Below, one piece after another: positions 29,742 to 43,111 of a stretch of DNA of 64,000 nucleotides. Location: assembly GCA_965231215.1 (NCBI GenBank), contig OZ246423.1, positions 352,001-416,000 of the forward strand, written 5' to 3'. The position numbers and the translations under genes are program-made. The notes under the pieces were generated by a model. It saw only the letters and a program-made list of their open reading frames with translations, did not search any database and had not been told where the DNA came from. The stretch's first letter is position 1; every line of letters begins with the position of its first letter. This DNA comes from Candidatus Altimarinota bacterium (GTDB lineage Bacteria > Patescibacteriota > Gracilibacteria > UBA4473).

Positions 29742-31385
29742 TTAAATAAGACAGGTTTTTTCATGTAACTCTTTCGTAAGCACCTCATAGTGTGGTTGGT
29801 CATCCACGGGTAGATCAATTAGATGTACTCCGCCTTCGGCGAAACACGTTTCTAGAAGTGGCTTAAAGTCTTCTGTAGCTTCAACTCTGTGTCCTTTAGC
29901 TCCGTAACTTTCAGCATACTGAACAAAATTTGGATTTCCAAAATCTAGTCCAAAATCTTCAAATCCAGCTTCCTCTTGTTTCCATTTAATCATTTGATAG
30001 TCTTGGTTATTGAGCACTATCACGACCAAATCTAGATTTAACCTTACCGCCGTTTCTAGCTCCTGGCTATTCATCATAAACCCTCCATCTCCGCAGATAG
30101 CTACCACTTTTTGATCTGGTTTAACCATCTTGGCCATCATGGCCGAAGGGAGTCCTGCTCCCATCGTGGCTAGAGCATTATCCAATAATACCGTGTTGGG
30201 GGCTAAGGCACGATAATTTCGGGCAAACCAGAGTTTGTACATACCGTTGTCTAAACAGATAATGTCTTTTCGATCCAATACCCTTCTGATATCAGCGATA
30301 TAACGCTGGGGTTTGACTGGAAATCCATCATCATCGGTGCCTTTTAAAAGATGTGTATCCACTTCAGCTTTAATCTTTTCACTGTAAGAAAAATCCCAAT
30401 TAGCCTTTGATAGATCAATTCGTTCGGCCATTTGCCAGAGGGCATTAGGAATATCTCCTACCACTTCAAATTGAGGGAAGTAGACCTCATCAATTTCCGC
30501 TGGAGAAAAGCTCACATGCACTACTTTCACACCCTTTTCTTTCATAAAGAATGGCGGTTTTTCAATCACGTCATGCCCGACATTAATAATAAGATCCGCT
30601 CTTTCTACCGCACAATGTAAATAATCTCCCGCGGAAAGAGCTGCCGTCCCAATACTCCTTGGGTGATCATCCGGGATAACGCCTTTCCCCATCTGAGTGG
30701 TAAAAAACGGAATATTGGTTTTCTCTATAAACAACGTGAGCATCTTGGTGATTTCTTTTCTATTCGCTCCAGCCCCTACCAAAATCAGTGGATTTTTAGC
30801 TGCCACAATAGCCTCTAACGCTTTATTAACCGCCTTCTCATTGGCATCTGGGCGACGAGTTTTTTCAACCGGTATTGGATTTAAACTGGTTTGTTCTGCA
30901 GCAATATCTTCTGGTAGTTCTAGATGTACCGCTCCTGGACGTTCGCTTTCGGCCTGCCGAAAAGCCTCCCTGACCATAGCCGGAATGCGATCCCCATGTT
31001 TTATCTGTTCGGCGTATTTAGTCACCGGCTTAAACATTCGTACCATATCCACAATTTGAAAGTGGCCTTGCTTACTCCGCAGAATCGGTTTTTGACCGGT
31101 AATCATCATCATAGGCATGGCTCCAAGCTGAGCATAAGCGGCACTAGTAGCAAAATTTGTAGCCCCAGGCCCAAGGGTAGAAAAACAAACACCCGCTTTC
31201 CCCGTAAGTCTTCCGTAGGTTGCCGCCATAAAACCTCCAGCCTGTTCATGACGATTTAAAATAAGTTTTATTTTTGAGTGCCGAAGCGACTCTAAAAAAT
31301 CTAGATTTTCTTCTCCAGGAATACCAAAAATGTACTCTACACCTTCATTTTCTAGAGATGCGACAAGTAAATCTGAAGCCTTCAT
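29742..31385 (-). CDS. Acetolactate synthase large subunit-like ThDP enzyme
   Basis: FGIPGEEN, RHEQ, TLGPGATN and ThDP motif GDGGF...NN. Confidence 0.92.
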   Translation of the reverse strand: MKASDLLVASLENEGVEYIFGIPGEENLDFLESLRHSKIKLILNRHEQAGGFMAATYGRLTGKAGVCFSTLGPGATNFATSAAYAQLGAMPMMMITGQKPILRSKQGHFQIVDMVRMFKPVTKYAEQIKHGDRIPAMVREAFRQAESERPGAVHLELPEDIAAEQTSLNPIPVEKTRRPDANEKAVNKALEAIVAAKNPLILVGAGANRKEITKMLTLFIEKTNIPFFTTQMGKGVIPDDHPRSIGTAALSAGDYLHCAVERADLIINVGHDVIEKPPFFMKEKGVKVVHVSFSPAEIDEVYFPQFEVVGDIPNALWQMAERIDLSKANWDFSYSEKIKAEVDTHLLKGTDDDGFPVKPQRYIADIRRVLDRKDIICLDNGMYKLWFARNYRALAPNTVLLDNALATMGAGLPSAMMAKMVKPDQKVVAICGDGGFMMNSQELETAVRLNLDLVVIVLNNQDYQMIKWKQEEAGFEDFGLDFGNPNFVQYAESYGAKGHRVEATEDFKPLLETCFAEGGVHLIDLPVDDQPHYEVLTKELHEKTCLI

Positions 31386-31507
31386 TATTGTGCGGGATTA
31401 AAAACATTCAAATAGTAGAAAAAACATTTTAAGAGCACAAACACTTTGAGTAGCCAAAACGATAAACCCATTTTGACCGTTAAATTTTTATTAAAAAAAA
31501 TATATAC

Positions 31508-31536
31508 TTGATTTTGTCAAATATTTCATATATAAT
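31508..31536 (+). promoter_or_regulatory. Sigma70-type promoter TTGATT-N17-TATAAT
   Basis: Near-consensus boxes ~35 bp upstream of the ORF at 31571. Confidence 0.6.
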
Positions 31537-31570
31537 AAATCATAAAATTAATTTTTAAAACCCATACAAA

Positions 31571-31807
31571 ATGGCTGATACTGCTCATAAAAACGACCCT
31601 AATTGGACCGAAAAGCTAAAAAAGGGAGGAACCAAGATTAAAGATGGAAGTTCGAAACTCTGGAGCAAAAGTAAAGATGGATGGAAAAAAGTTTCAGAAA
31701 AAAGTAAGGAAATGATGAATAAGAAAGACGAAGAAAAGGGTGAAAATAAAGAAGAAAGTAACCCCCAAGAAGCCGCTAACGCTGAAAACGCAGAGGCGTC
31801 TAAATAA
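31571..31807 (+). CDS. Small lysine/glutamate-rich hypothetical protein
   Basis: 78-aa ORF with promoter upstream and terminator downstream; amphipathic K/W repeats. Confidence 0.7.
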   Translation: MADTAHKNDPNWTEKLKKGGTKIKDGSSKLWSKSKDGWKKVSEKSKEMMNKKDEEKGENKEESNPQEAANAENAEASK

Positions 31808-31840
31808 GCCACATCCGTAAGCATTCGCATAATAAAATCC

Positions 31841-31871
31841 AAAAAACACCTCCTTTGTGGGGTGTTTTTTT
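31841..31871. terminator. Intrinsic terminator
   Basis: AAAAAACACCTC-ctttgt-GGGGTGTTTTTT. Confidence 0.75.
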
Positions 31872-32060
31872 GTTATACTAATGAACTAAAACCTAAATTT
31901 TATAAGCAAATTCGTATAAATCGATTTTACATTCATATCTGTTCCCTTAGACTCTGAGAGCTTAGTGGAAAGCATCAGTTTGAGTTAAGGTCCAACGGCC
32001 CAAATAAAAACTTTAGTTAGTACCCCCAAGCAAGCCAGTATTTCTTAAGTTTTTATTACC

Positions 32061-32318
32061 ATGGCTAAAAAATTATTTATCGGAAACCTCAGCTGGGGCG
32101 TCAAAAATGATGACCTACGAACTGCCTTTGAACCTTTCGGGGAAGTCGAAGACGCTGTAGTTATTACAGAACGAGACAATCCATCTCGATCAAGAGGATT
32201 TGGATTTGTAACCTTCGTAAATGACGAAGACGCAGAAACCGCTATTGCAGAAATGCACGAAACAGAGCTCGATGGAAGACCGCTTCTCGTAAATGAAGCT
32301 CGACCACGAGACGAATAG
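32061..32318 (+). CDS. RNA recognition motif (RRM) RNA-binding protein
   Basis: RNP2 LFIGNL, RNP1 RGFGFVTF, C-terminal VNEARPR. Confidence 0.95.
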   Translation: MAKKLFIGNLSWGVKNDDLRTAFEPFGEVEDAVVITERDNPSRSRGFGFVTFVNDEDAETAIAEMHETELDGRPLLVNEARPRDE

Positions 32319-32340
32319 TTCAATGCTGAAATGTTAAATA

Positions 32341-32367
32341 AAAAAACGGCCAAATGGCCGTTTTTTT
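32341..32367. terminator. Bidirectional intrinsic terminator
   Basis: AAAAAACGGCCA-aa-TGGCCGTTTTTT between the RRM gene and purL. Confidence 0.8.
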
Positions 32368-32432
32368 ATATTCTATTATTCATAGGATAACCTGTTTGGT
32401 GTGTTTTTACCCAGGCAAAAATGAGCCAAAAA

Positions 32433-35400
32433 CTACTGCTTATTCAACCACTCCCTCGCCTTCACAAAAGCCTCAATCCACGGAGAAATTTCATCATTTC
32501 GGTTCTCTGGATAACATCCCCAGTTCCAAGGGCGAATAGAACGTTCAATATGCGGCATAGTAATCGTATGTCGACCGTCGTTTGAAGTCATCATAGCGAT
32601 GCCTTCAGGGGAGCCGTTGGGACAAGCAGGATAAGCCCCACCGTATTGAAAATTGGCCACAACATTGTAGTCTGAAATTTTATTTTTCAGTTCAAACCGA
32701 CCTTCCCCATGAGCCGACCATACGCCTAACTGGCTTCCGGCCAAACTTCCAAACAGAACAGAATTATTTTCCTGAATTTTTACTCCAGCAAAATTACACT
32801 CAAATTTTTCAGAGCTATTGTGTTTCATTCGGATTGATCCCGGAGCATCTGGAGTAAGCACATCTAGTTCTGCCAACAACTGACATCCATTACAGACGCC
32901 AAGGGAGAGCGTATCTGGACGCCCTAGGAAAGCCTCAAGGGTAGCTTTGGCTTTCGAGTTGTAGAGCACCGCTCCGGCCCAGCCTCGAGCCGATCCTAGT
33001 ACATCCGAGTTAGAGAATCCTCCAACCGCTACCAACAGCTGGACATCTTCCAGAGTTTCTCGACCCGCAATCAAATCTGTCATATGTACATCTCGCACCT
33101 CAAATCCAGCCAATGCCATCATATAAGCCATTTCTCTTTCAGAGTTTGATCCTTTGTCTCTAAAGACTGCCGCCATTGGTCTTTTCCCAGAATATGTAGG
33201 AACTTTTCCATCAAAGTTTTGAGGGAATTTAAATTCTATGGGTTGCTGGTCAAAATGAGCATATCGGTCTTTGGCCTGTGGCCGATTTGTTTGTTCTAAT
33301 TCAAACAGATGCGAAGGTTTAGCCCAGATTCTTCGGTAGTGATTTATGTCCAGTGTCAGCGATTTTGAGTCCGGACTTGCCGAGACCGAAGCCCCTTGTA
33401 AAGTTTCAGATGAATCATTTTCCCTAAAAAGTCTGGACTCATAAAGCACGAGTTTTTCACTATCATTCACTTCACCGAGATCATAAAAAGAAATCCCAGC
33501 CATATTCAGCGTAGATCGAACCAGTTCAATATTCTCTCCTGCTACTTCAAATACATATCCCGCATTCTCACTGAAACATTTTTCAATTATATCGCCTCCA
33601 GGGAGTTGGTCTACGTCTACTGTCGCACCAAGATTTCGTGAGGCAAAACACATCTCCAAAAGTGTGGTAATAATACCTCCAGCAGACACATCATGCCCAG
33701 CGAGAATTTTTCCATCTTTGATGAGTCCTTGAAGCGCTTCAAAGGCGGCTCCAAAAAATTGTGTATCTTTAATATCGGGAACCTCTGGGCCAATTTTATT
33801 GAGTATTTGAGCCAAACTAGAACCTCCTAATTTGAAATCATCTTGAGAGAGATTGATGTAATAGATTCTGTTGCCTCTTTGGTTATTAAATACCGGTTTA
33901 ATAATCTTTTTCACGTCTTCACATTCTCCCATTGCGGAGATAATCACCGTTCCTGGTGAAACCACTTTTTGATCTGGATATTTCTGTACCATAGAGAGGG
34001 AGTCTTTCCCTGTTGGAACATTTACCCCTAGTTCAATGGCAAAGGTGGAAACCCCTTCGACCGCTTCATAAATTCGAGCATCTTCTCCGGGATTTTTACA
34101 CGGCCACATCCAGTTAGCACTCAGTGAAATAGATCCTAAACCCTCAGTGATTGGGGCCCCTAGGATATTAGTGAGGCTCTCGGCAATAGCGTTGCGGCTT
34201 CCCGCTGCTGGATCCACCAGTCCCACAATAGGACTGTGTCCAATGGCAGTGGCAACTCCCTTTTCTCCAGTATAATCGAGCGCCATCACACCACAATCGG
34301 CCAATGGCAATTGGAGCGTTCCCACGCATTGTTGTTGGGCTACTTTTCCTGTGACACATCGGTCTACTTTATTGGTAAGCCAATCTTTACACGCTACGCC
34401 TTCCAGTTGGAGTACTTGTTCTAAATAGACTTCTAATTTTTCAGGATCATAATCTAAAGCTTCGAAATTTCGTTCCTCGGTATCTCCCTTGGTAACCGTC
34501 TTTGGTGGATTTCCAAATAACATCTTTAGATCTAAATGCACAGGAGTTTGACCTAAGCGCTCAGATTTAAAGGCTATCGTTCCACTACCGGTAATTTCTC
34601 CCACCACATACATTGGGCTTCTTTCTCTATCGGCAATAGCTTGAAGTAGGTCAATTTTGTCTTGAGCTACCACCAGACCAATTCGTTCTTGTGACTCGTT
34701 CCCGATAATTTCTTTTACCGATAGTGTTGGATCTCCCACCGGCAATTTATCCAGATCAATCACTCCTCCATGCAGTTCCAAAAGTTCCGAAAGACAGTTA
34801 AAGTGTCCCCCAGCTCCATGGTCATGAATAGAAATAATTGGATTTTTTTCCATCTCAGTACAAGCCCGGATCACATTAGCCACTCGTTTCTGCATTTCTG
34901 GGTTAGAACGCTGAATGGCGTTAAGTTCTAAACTCCGATCTAGCTCTCCAGTGTCCACAGAAGACACCGCTCCTCCCCCCATTCCAATTCGGTAGTTATC
35001 TCCCCCCAATACGACTATTTTATCACCTACTTGAGGCTCTTGTTTTTGGGCGTCTTCAGCCCTGGCCCACCCAATGCCTCCCGCTTGCATGATGACTTTA
35101 TCATAACCCAAATTTTGATCATCGCCTTGATGTTCAAAGGTCAAAAGCGAACCACAAATCAGTGGCTGTCCGTATTTGTTCCCAAAGTCAGACGCTCCAT
35201 TTGAAGCTTTTACCAAAATATCTTTTGGAGTTTGATAGAGCCAGGGACGTTCTTTTAAATTCTTTTCCCACGGACGATTCTCCTCTAACCGCGGATAAGA
35301 CGTCATATACACCGCCGTTCCAGCCAGTGGGGCTGATCCTTGCCCGCCTGCCAACCTGTCACGGATTTCTCCGCCAGATCCGGTAGCGGCTCCGTTGAAC

Positions 35401-36167
35401 GGTTCTACCGTGGTTGGGTAATTATGGGTTTCGGCTTTCAGCGACAGCACTGAATCCACTTTCGTTTTTTGGTAGACTCCAGGGGTATCAAAGACTTCAG
35501 GATGATACATTTCAATTTCAGGTCCAGAGGAGAAAGAAACATTATCTTTGTACGCTGAAACTACCTTGTTTGGGTTTTCAGCCGTCGTGTCTTTGATCAG
35601 ACGGAACATTGATTTTTCTTTTGCCTCACCATCAATAATAAATGTTCCTCCAAAGATTTTGTGTCGGCAGTGTTCTGAATTTGCCTGAGCAAAACCAAAC
35701 AATTCACAATCGGTAAAAGGGCGTCCAATTTGGCTGGATACTTTTTCAAGGTATTCAATCTCATCTTCGCTCAGGGCTAATCCCTCAGCCTCGTTATAAG
35801 CGGCAATATCAGTAATATTTTGAACCGGTTCTGGCGCAATATCGAGGGTGAATACGTCTTGCCCAATCTGTGTGTAGAGGCGCTCCAACATTGGATCATG
35901 ATCCTCACTTTGGACTTCCTCAAAGCACTCAATCCTTTGAATTCCTTCAATTCCCATATTTTGGGTAATGTCTACGGCATTCGTGCTCCAAGGCGTGACC
36001 ATTTCGGCTCGTGGCCCTTTAAAAAGCCCTTCCAAAGTTTCCGATTCAATTTTTTCAGCCCCTTCAAAAAGCCATTTAAGCTTTTCAACTACTTCTGTGC
36101 TCAAAACCCCTTCAGTTTCTAAAACATAAATGAGAGTTTCTTCTGAATGAGAAAAAAAGTGAATCAT
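32433..36167 (-). CDS. purL: Phosphoribosylformylglycinamidine synthase, large single-chain type
   Basis: [52 protein letters not shown]. Confidence 0.97.
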   Translation of the reverse strand: MIHFFSHSEETLIYVLETEGVLSTEVVEKLKWLFEGAEKIESETLEGLFKGPRAEMVTPWSTNAVDITQNMGIEGIQRIECFEEVQSEDHDPMLERLYTQIGQDVFTLDIAPEPVQNITDIAAYNEAEGLALSEDEIEYLEKVSSQIGRPFTDCELFGFAQANSEHCRHKIFGGTFIIDGEAKEKSMFRLIKDTTAENPNKVVSAYKDNVSFSSGPEIEMYHPEVFDTPGVYQKTKVDSVLSLKAETHNYPTTVEPFNGAATGSGGEIRDRLAGGQGSAPLAGTAVYMTSYPRLEENRPWEKNLKERPWLYQTPKDILVKASNGASDFGNKYGQPLICGSLLTFEHQGDDQNLGYDKVIMQAGGIGWARAEDAQKQEPQVGDKIVVLGGDNYRIGMGGGAVSSVDTGELDRSLELNAIQRSNPEMQKRVANVIRACTEMEKNPIISIHDHGAGGHFNCLSELLELHGGVIDLDKLPVGDPTLSVKEIIGNESQERIGLVVAQDKIDLLQAIADRERSPMYVVGEITGSGTIAFKSERLGQTPVHLDLKMLFGNPPKTVTKGDTEERNFEALDYDPEKLEVYLEQVLQLEGVACKDWLTNKVDRCVTGKVAQQQCVGTLQLPLADCGVMALDYTGEKGVATAIGHSPIVGLVDPAAGSRNAIAESLTNILGAPITEGLGSISLSANWMWPCKNPGEDARIYEAVEGVSTFAIELGVNVPTGKDSLSMVQKYPDQKVVSPGTVIISAMGECEDVKKIIKPVFNNQRGNRIYYINLSQDDFKLGGSSLAQILNKIGPEVPDIKDTQFFGAAFEALQGLIKDGKILAGHDVSAGGIITTLLEMCFASRNLGATVDVDQLPGGDIIEKCFSENAGYVFEVAGENIELVRSTLNMAGISFYDLGEVNDSEKLVLYESRLFRENDSSETLQGASVSASPDSKSLTLDINHYRRIWAKPSHLFELEQTNRPQAKDRYAHFDQQPIEFKFPQNFDGKVPTYSGKRPMAAVFRDKGSNSEREMAYMMALAGFEVRDVHMTDLIAGRETLEDVQLLVAVGGFSNSDVLGSARGWAGAVLYNSKAKATLEAFLGRPDTLSLGVCNGCQLLAELDVLTPDAPGSIRMKHNSSEKFECNFAGVKIQENNSVLFGSLAGSQLGVWSAHGEGRFELKNKISDYNVVANFQYGGAYPACPNGSPEGIAMMTSNDGRHTITMPHIERSIRPWNWGCYPENRNDEISPWIEAFVKAREWLNKQ
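33363..33441. repeat. Inverted pair of AGTCYGGACT repeats inside purL
   Basis: TGAGTCCGGACTT (33366-33378) and AAGTCTGGACTCA (33429-33441), 12/13 complementary, reading frame kept. Confidence 0.7.
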
Positions 36168-36214
36168 TAAATTTTAGTGGGATTTTTATGAGACACCAGG
36201 AGTTTAGTGAAGTG

Positions 36215-36572
36215 CTATATTTTTACAATATATAAAATTGGAAACTCCCTTCTGCTATTATTTGAGCTGTTAATATAGAGCCCTGTCACTAAGTCCTGCT
36301 GGCGGATTTAGAGTATTATACAGTGCATGGCTTACAAGCAAAAGAACTATTAAAACAATTGACCAAATCATTAAATGCTTCCCCCAGCTTCGAGTTTTTT
36401 TGAACCAAACCAAAGCTTAAAAGAAAAGTAAAATTTCTAATGCATCTGGATGAATTCCCTTAGCTAATTGTATAAAGTCAAAACCTCCAATCATAACCAC
36501 TAACCCAGAAGTGTCAGGACCGCATATATAAATAATTGCACCAGCAACAATAACCTCTTCTATCTTTCTCAT
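36215..36572 (-). pseudogene. Possible frameshifted membrane-protein remnant
   Basis: Hydrophobic fragments in different frames (MRKIEEVIVAGAIIY...EILLFF* and KHLMIWSIVLIVLLLVSH...), separated by homopolymer runs. Confidence 0.25.
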
Positions 36573-36694
36573 GAAAAATAACAAAATGTTTATTATTTTT
36601 TATCAATACTATTGATTCGTAACTCCACTCATTTCATACGATCCTCTCCTCCTCAAAATAGGCTTATACCTTATTTTTAAAATATAAAAATCGT

Positions 36695-36782
36695 GAGCGA
36701 GCTTAGGGTCTTGTGGGTTCCCTAAGCGAGGGAACACAAATTTAGAAGGGGATACTAAAGGGGAAACTGGTTTCCCCTTTAA
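36695..36782. repeat. Multi-hairpin element at the toxin 3' end
   Basis: GCTTAGGG...CCCTAAGC, GTTCCCT...AGGGAAC and TAAAGGGGAAA-ctgg-TTTCCCCTTTA; the last overlaps the toxin stop codon. Confidence 0.5.
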
Positions 36783-37039
36783 CGGTACACATCATGATCC
36801 CCCACCGCCAAACACGTAATCACCAATTCTTTCTCAAATTCGAAAATAATTCGGTACGAAAAATTGACCGAACAACTCCAAAATCCTTTTAATTGACCTT
36901 TCAGTTTGTGGGTTTTTAAATGCGGATTTTTTGGATCTTGAGCCAGCAAATCCAAAGTCCGCTTTACATCATTTTTTAATCCTTCATCTAATTTTTTGTA
37001 CTGACGCACAAAGGACGGTTTATAGCGGATTTCATACAT
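36779..37039 (-). CDS. Type II toxin, RelE/YafQ family
   Basis: F.RQYKKL, LKTHKLKG.L.G.WSCSVNFSYRIIF, VGDHDVY. Confidence 0.92.
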   Translation of the reverse strand: MYEIRYKPSFVRQYKKLDEGLKNDVKRTLDLLAQDPKNPHLKTHKLKGQLKGFWSCSVNFSYRIIFEFEKELVITCLAVGDHDVYR

Positions 37040-37245
37040 TACAATTTTGTAGCTAATTCATCCAGTTCCCCTGAGAGTGAAGGTTCTTTCTGAGCTTTAA
37101 GAACCTGTTCTACCGCTAAATCATCCAGGTATTTATTAATTGCTGTACGACCAATATCAGTAATATTTTTTGCTAAACCTTGAGCGATTAACGCTTGGAT
37201 TTTACGCAGAGTTTCTTCATCAACCGGGATGGAAAGTGTTGCCAT
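37039..37245 (-). CDS. Putative RHH-type antitoxin
   Basis: N-terminal beta strand TLSIPV followed by helices; TAATG overlap with the toxin. Confidence 0.8.
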   Translation of the reverse strand: MATLSIPVDEETLRKIQALIAQGLAKNITDIGRTAINKYLDDLAVEQVLKAQKEPSLSGELDELATKL

Positions 37246-37254
37246 TTTTAATTT

Positions 37255-37292
37255 TATGAAAAATTCATATTAAATTTTATGATAAAATTTAA
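37255..37292. promoter_or_regulatory. Candidate toxin-antitoxin operator palindromes
   Basis: TTAAATTTTAT-g-ATAAAATTTAA (37270-37292, perfect 11-bp arms) and TATGAA-aaa-TTCATA (37255-37269) just upstream of the antitoxin. Confidence 0.55.
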
Positions 37293-37304
37293 ATAAAAGC
37301 AAAC

Positions 37305-37572
37305 AAAAAAAGCCTTAATGTTGGCATCGACGTCGTCGTCCACTATTCCACTCACTACACTTTTGCAAAACAAAAGTTTCATTCATTTCATAGTTTCCTC
37401 CTCTCCCCAAAAAAGCGCGCCCCTAGGTTTACCTCGGATTTATTCCGGAGCTCTCCGCTTTTTCGGGGACCCCAAAGTAGGTCGATGCCGCAAAACTTAT
37501 ATTCAAAAAAGCCCCCACAAGGGGCACTTTTCAGAATAAAAAAAAGCCTTAATGTTGGCATCGACCTACTTT
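37305..37572. repeat. Structured element duplicating the 5S rRNA 3' end
   Basis: 27-bp direct repeat 37305-37331 = 37539-37565; 16-bp inverted copy 37474-37489 of 37557-37572; internal hairpins. Confidence 0.8.
37505..37525 (-). terminator. rRNA operon terminator
   Basis: Minus strand GCCCC-ttgtg-GGGGC followed by TTTTTT, downstream of 5S. Confidence 0.7.
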
Positions 37573-37667
37573 CCCAGGATAACTCCAAGTATCATCGGCG
37601 CTGGAGGACTTAACTGCTGAGTTCGGAATGGGATCAGGTGTACCCCCTCCGCTACAGATACCAACAT
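37552..37667 (-). rRNA. rrf: 5S rRNA
   Basis: Minus strand TACACCTGATCCCATTCCGAACTCAGCAGTTAAG...AAAGTAGGTCGATGCCA; terminal helix TGTTGG/CCAACA; ends approximate. Confidence 0.96.
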
Positions 37668-37924
37668 CAAGACTTCTTTTTAAAAGAAATGTCTTTGGAA
37701 GCGTTACCACCGTTTTACCAGTGGAATTTTTTGTTCATTTCGTTCGATTGAACGATGCGTGCGTTATAAATTTTACTAGCGTGACGTTGTTTTTAGACTT
37801 CGTCTAAGAGAAATAAATTTCTCCATAAATAATTAAGAATTATTTATATAAACTAGTTTCGAACAATTTTCTTAGATTTGCTCACTCTTCGTAAAGAAAA
37901 ACAAGCCTTCATTACCATGAAGAA

Positions 37925-40800
<2,876 letters not shown>

Positions 40801-41083
40801 GTTCTTCATGAGTAAGACTTGCTCCTCTTTAGTACAAGTGAGCAAATCTAAGAAAATTTTTATAGTCTTTTTCAAAGACTTATACGTTCGAAATTCAAAA
40901 TGTTGGGTTTTTAGAAAACCCAAAAAATTAAAAATGAAATTTATTACGCGCTCTATTTTGTAGTACTCAACGTCAGGATCGAATACTACACTCGCACTGC
41001 ACTTAGGAAATTGCAGCACGAAACGCTTCCGACAATTCAAAGATCAGGCTAAAAAGTTGTTAATCAAGCGATTTAGCTGGGCG

Positions 41084-41111
41084 ATCTTAACCACAACGTG
41101 AAAGGTGTCAA
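41084..41111 (-). promoter_or_regulatory. rRNA promoter TTGACA-N16-TAAGAT with downstream boxA-like TGATCTTTGAA (41036-41046)
   Basis: Consensus -35 and the 16-bp spacer typical of rrn promoters, ~280 bp upstream of 23S. Confidence 0.75.
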
Positions 41112-41300
41112 GAAGTTTTTCAGGGTTTTTTGGGGAATCCTCAAAGGGCCTCAAAAATCAGAAAATTAAATACCAGATTGCTTCCTACTAAACAGCCAAT
41201 CACATAAGCTTCGCAATGACAAAAGTAGCGCAAAATTTACCTACTTCAGTTTTGTTACTCCTTTTGTTTGCCCTCCGTTTTTCAAACCTCTACCATTTAA

Positions 41301-43109
41301 TTGATGAAAAAAATATTATTCGGCTTTTTGTTTGTAGCTCTTACTCTTAATACGGCGCTTGCCTATCGCGATATTCCAGAATCTTCACGATTTCGGGAAT
41401 CTATAGACTTCTTCATAGATAAAGGCGTTTTGGATGGAAAGGGATTTTTCCGTCCAGACAGTGATGTTCCACAAATGATGTTCTGGGAAGTTATTATTGG
41501 AGACACTGCCTTTAACGCCGATAAAACTGGGCTCGACGGAGCCATCCCAAAGGGCATAGATCCCAAAAGTCGAGAAGCTGAATTTTTACGAGAAGCAGTA
41601 CGAAGAGGCTTTATAGATCCAGAAAAGCCTTTTGATCCACTCGCCCCAATCAAAAGATCGGAAGCTATTAAACATATAGTCGCTACTAAAGGGATTTTAG
41701 TTTCAGATCAGACCTCTAGCCGATTTAGAAAAATTTCTTCAGGCGTATCTCGATTAGCCAAATACTATCCACACATTGAAGCGGCTTATGCTTCAAAAAT
41801 CGTGACTAACTTTGATATAGATCCCTTCCAACCAAGAGAAAACCTCTCCCGAAGAAATCTTATTACCTGGCTCCACAATTGGCACAAAAACGGCCAACTC
41901 AAAGAAACTGGATTTAATAAACCCTTTACTAGCGAAATCCAATTTCCGTATCAAAAACGAAAAACCCAAGACAAAAAGTCCAAAACCCCAGGGATAAAAG
42001 TAGAAAAAATCAGACCTGGCACTAAAGTCTATGACTTCACCCAAAATATAGATATGGGAGTCTTCAAATCTGTTTATGACCAAATTGAAGCCAAATATCG
42101 ATTTACTGAAAAACTCGACAAAGACACTAAATCTAAAATCATTAATAAAGGCATCGAAGGCATGGTCAAAGCCTTAGAAGACAAATACACCAATTACGTA
42201 GAACCGGAAAAGGCCGATGAATTCTTGGAAAGCCTAGAAGGCGAATTTGAAGGCATTGGCGCCTATGTGGAAATGATTGAAGAAAAATTCACCATTACTT
42301 CTCCTATCAAAGGCAGCCCCGCCGAAGACGCTGGTCTTAGACCCGGAGACATAGTAACCCATGTAGATGATGAAGACGTGGCGGAACTGGGCACTCAAGA
42401 AATTATCAAAAAGGTTCGAGGCAAAGCCGGCACCAAAGTAAAACTCACTATTCAAAGAGAAAACACAGGCAGAAAACACATCACCGTTACTCGAGGGAAA
42501 ATCACTATTCCAGCCTTAACCCTTGAATTTAAAAACGGAATTGCCGTTGTTGGGCTTCATCAATTTTCACGAGACAGCGGCGCTAAACTTTCAAACATGA
42601 TCAAAGACGAAGTAATCCCAGCCAAACCACGTGGCATTATTATTGACGTCCGAAACAATCCTGGAGGCTTCCTCACCGCAGCCGTTTCAGTAGGCGAAGT
42701 CTTCCTGAAAAAAGAACAAGAAGTCTTCCGAGTTGAATACAAAAACCGAGAAACCGTGTACCGATCTAACCGTGATGGAGAACTTGCTAACTATAATAAT
42801 ATTGTCTTCCTCCAAAACAAAGGATCGGCCAGCGCTTCAGAAATTTTAACAGCTATGGCCAAAGATTATAAAATCGGGAAAATTATGGGGCAGCCCTCTG
42901 TAGGTAAAGGGACGGTTCAAGAAATCGTAAACTTCTCAAATGGTGGAACTCTTAAACTTACCGTGGCTAAATGGCTCTCCCCAAACAAAAACTGGATTGA
43001 TGGTACGGGCGTAATTCCTGATGTTGAAATCACCGACCCCACAGACCAAGAAAAACGCCAAGACGTAGATCGTCAATTAGACGCCGCTATTGCGGAGCTT
43101 CTAAGATAA
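41301..43109 (+). CDS. S41 carboxy-terminal processing protease with N-terminal SLH-like region and PDZ domain
   Basis: FEGIGA, GSPAEDAGLRPGD, IDVRNNPGG, SASASEI, GKGTVQ, GVIPDV. Confidence 0.92.
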   Translation: MMKKILFGFLFVALTLNTALAYRDIPESSRFRESIDFFIDKGVLDGKGFFRPDSDVPQMMFWEVIIGDTAFNADKTGLDGAIPKGIDPKSREAEFLREAVRRGFIDPEKPFDPLAPIKRSEAIKHIVATKGILVSDQTSSRFRKISSGVSRLAKYYPHIEAAYASKIVTNFDIDPFQPRENLSRRNLITWLHNWHKNGQLKETGFNKPFTSEIQFPYQKRKTQDKKSKTPGIKVEKIRPGTKVYDFTQNIDMGVFKSVYDQIEAKYRFTEKLDKDTKSKIINKGIEGMVKALEDKYTNYVEPEKADEFLESLEGEFEGIGAYVEMIEEKFTITSPIKGSPAEDAGLRPGDIVTHVDDEDVAELGTQEIIKKVRGKAGTKVKLTIQRENTGRKHITVTRGKITIPALTLEFKNGIAVVGLHQFSRDSGAKLSNMIKDEVIPAKPRGIIIDVRNNPGGFLTAAVSVGEVFLKKEQEVFRVEYKNRETVYRSNRDGELANYNNIVFLQNKGSASASEILTAMAKDYKIGKIMGQPSVGKGTVQEIVNFSNGGTLKLTVAKWLSPNKNWIDGTGVIPDVEITDPTDQEKRQDVDRQLDAAIAELLR

Positions 43110-43111
43110 AC

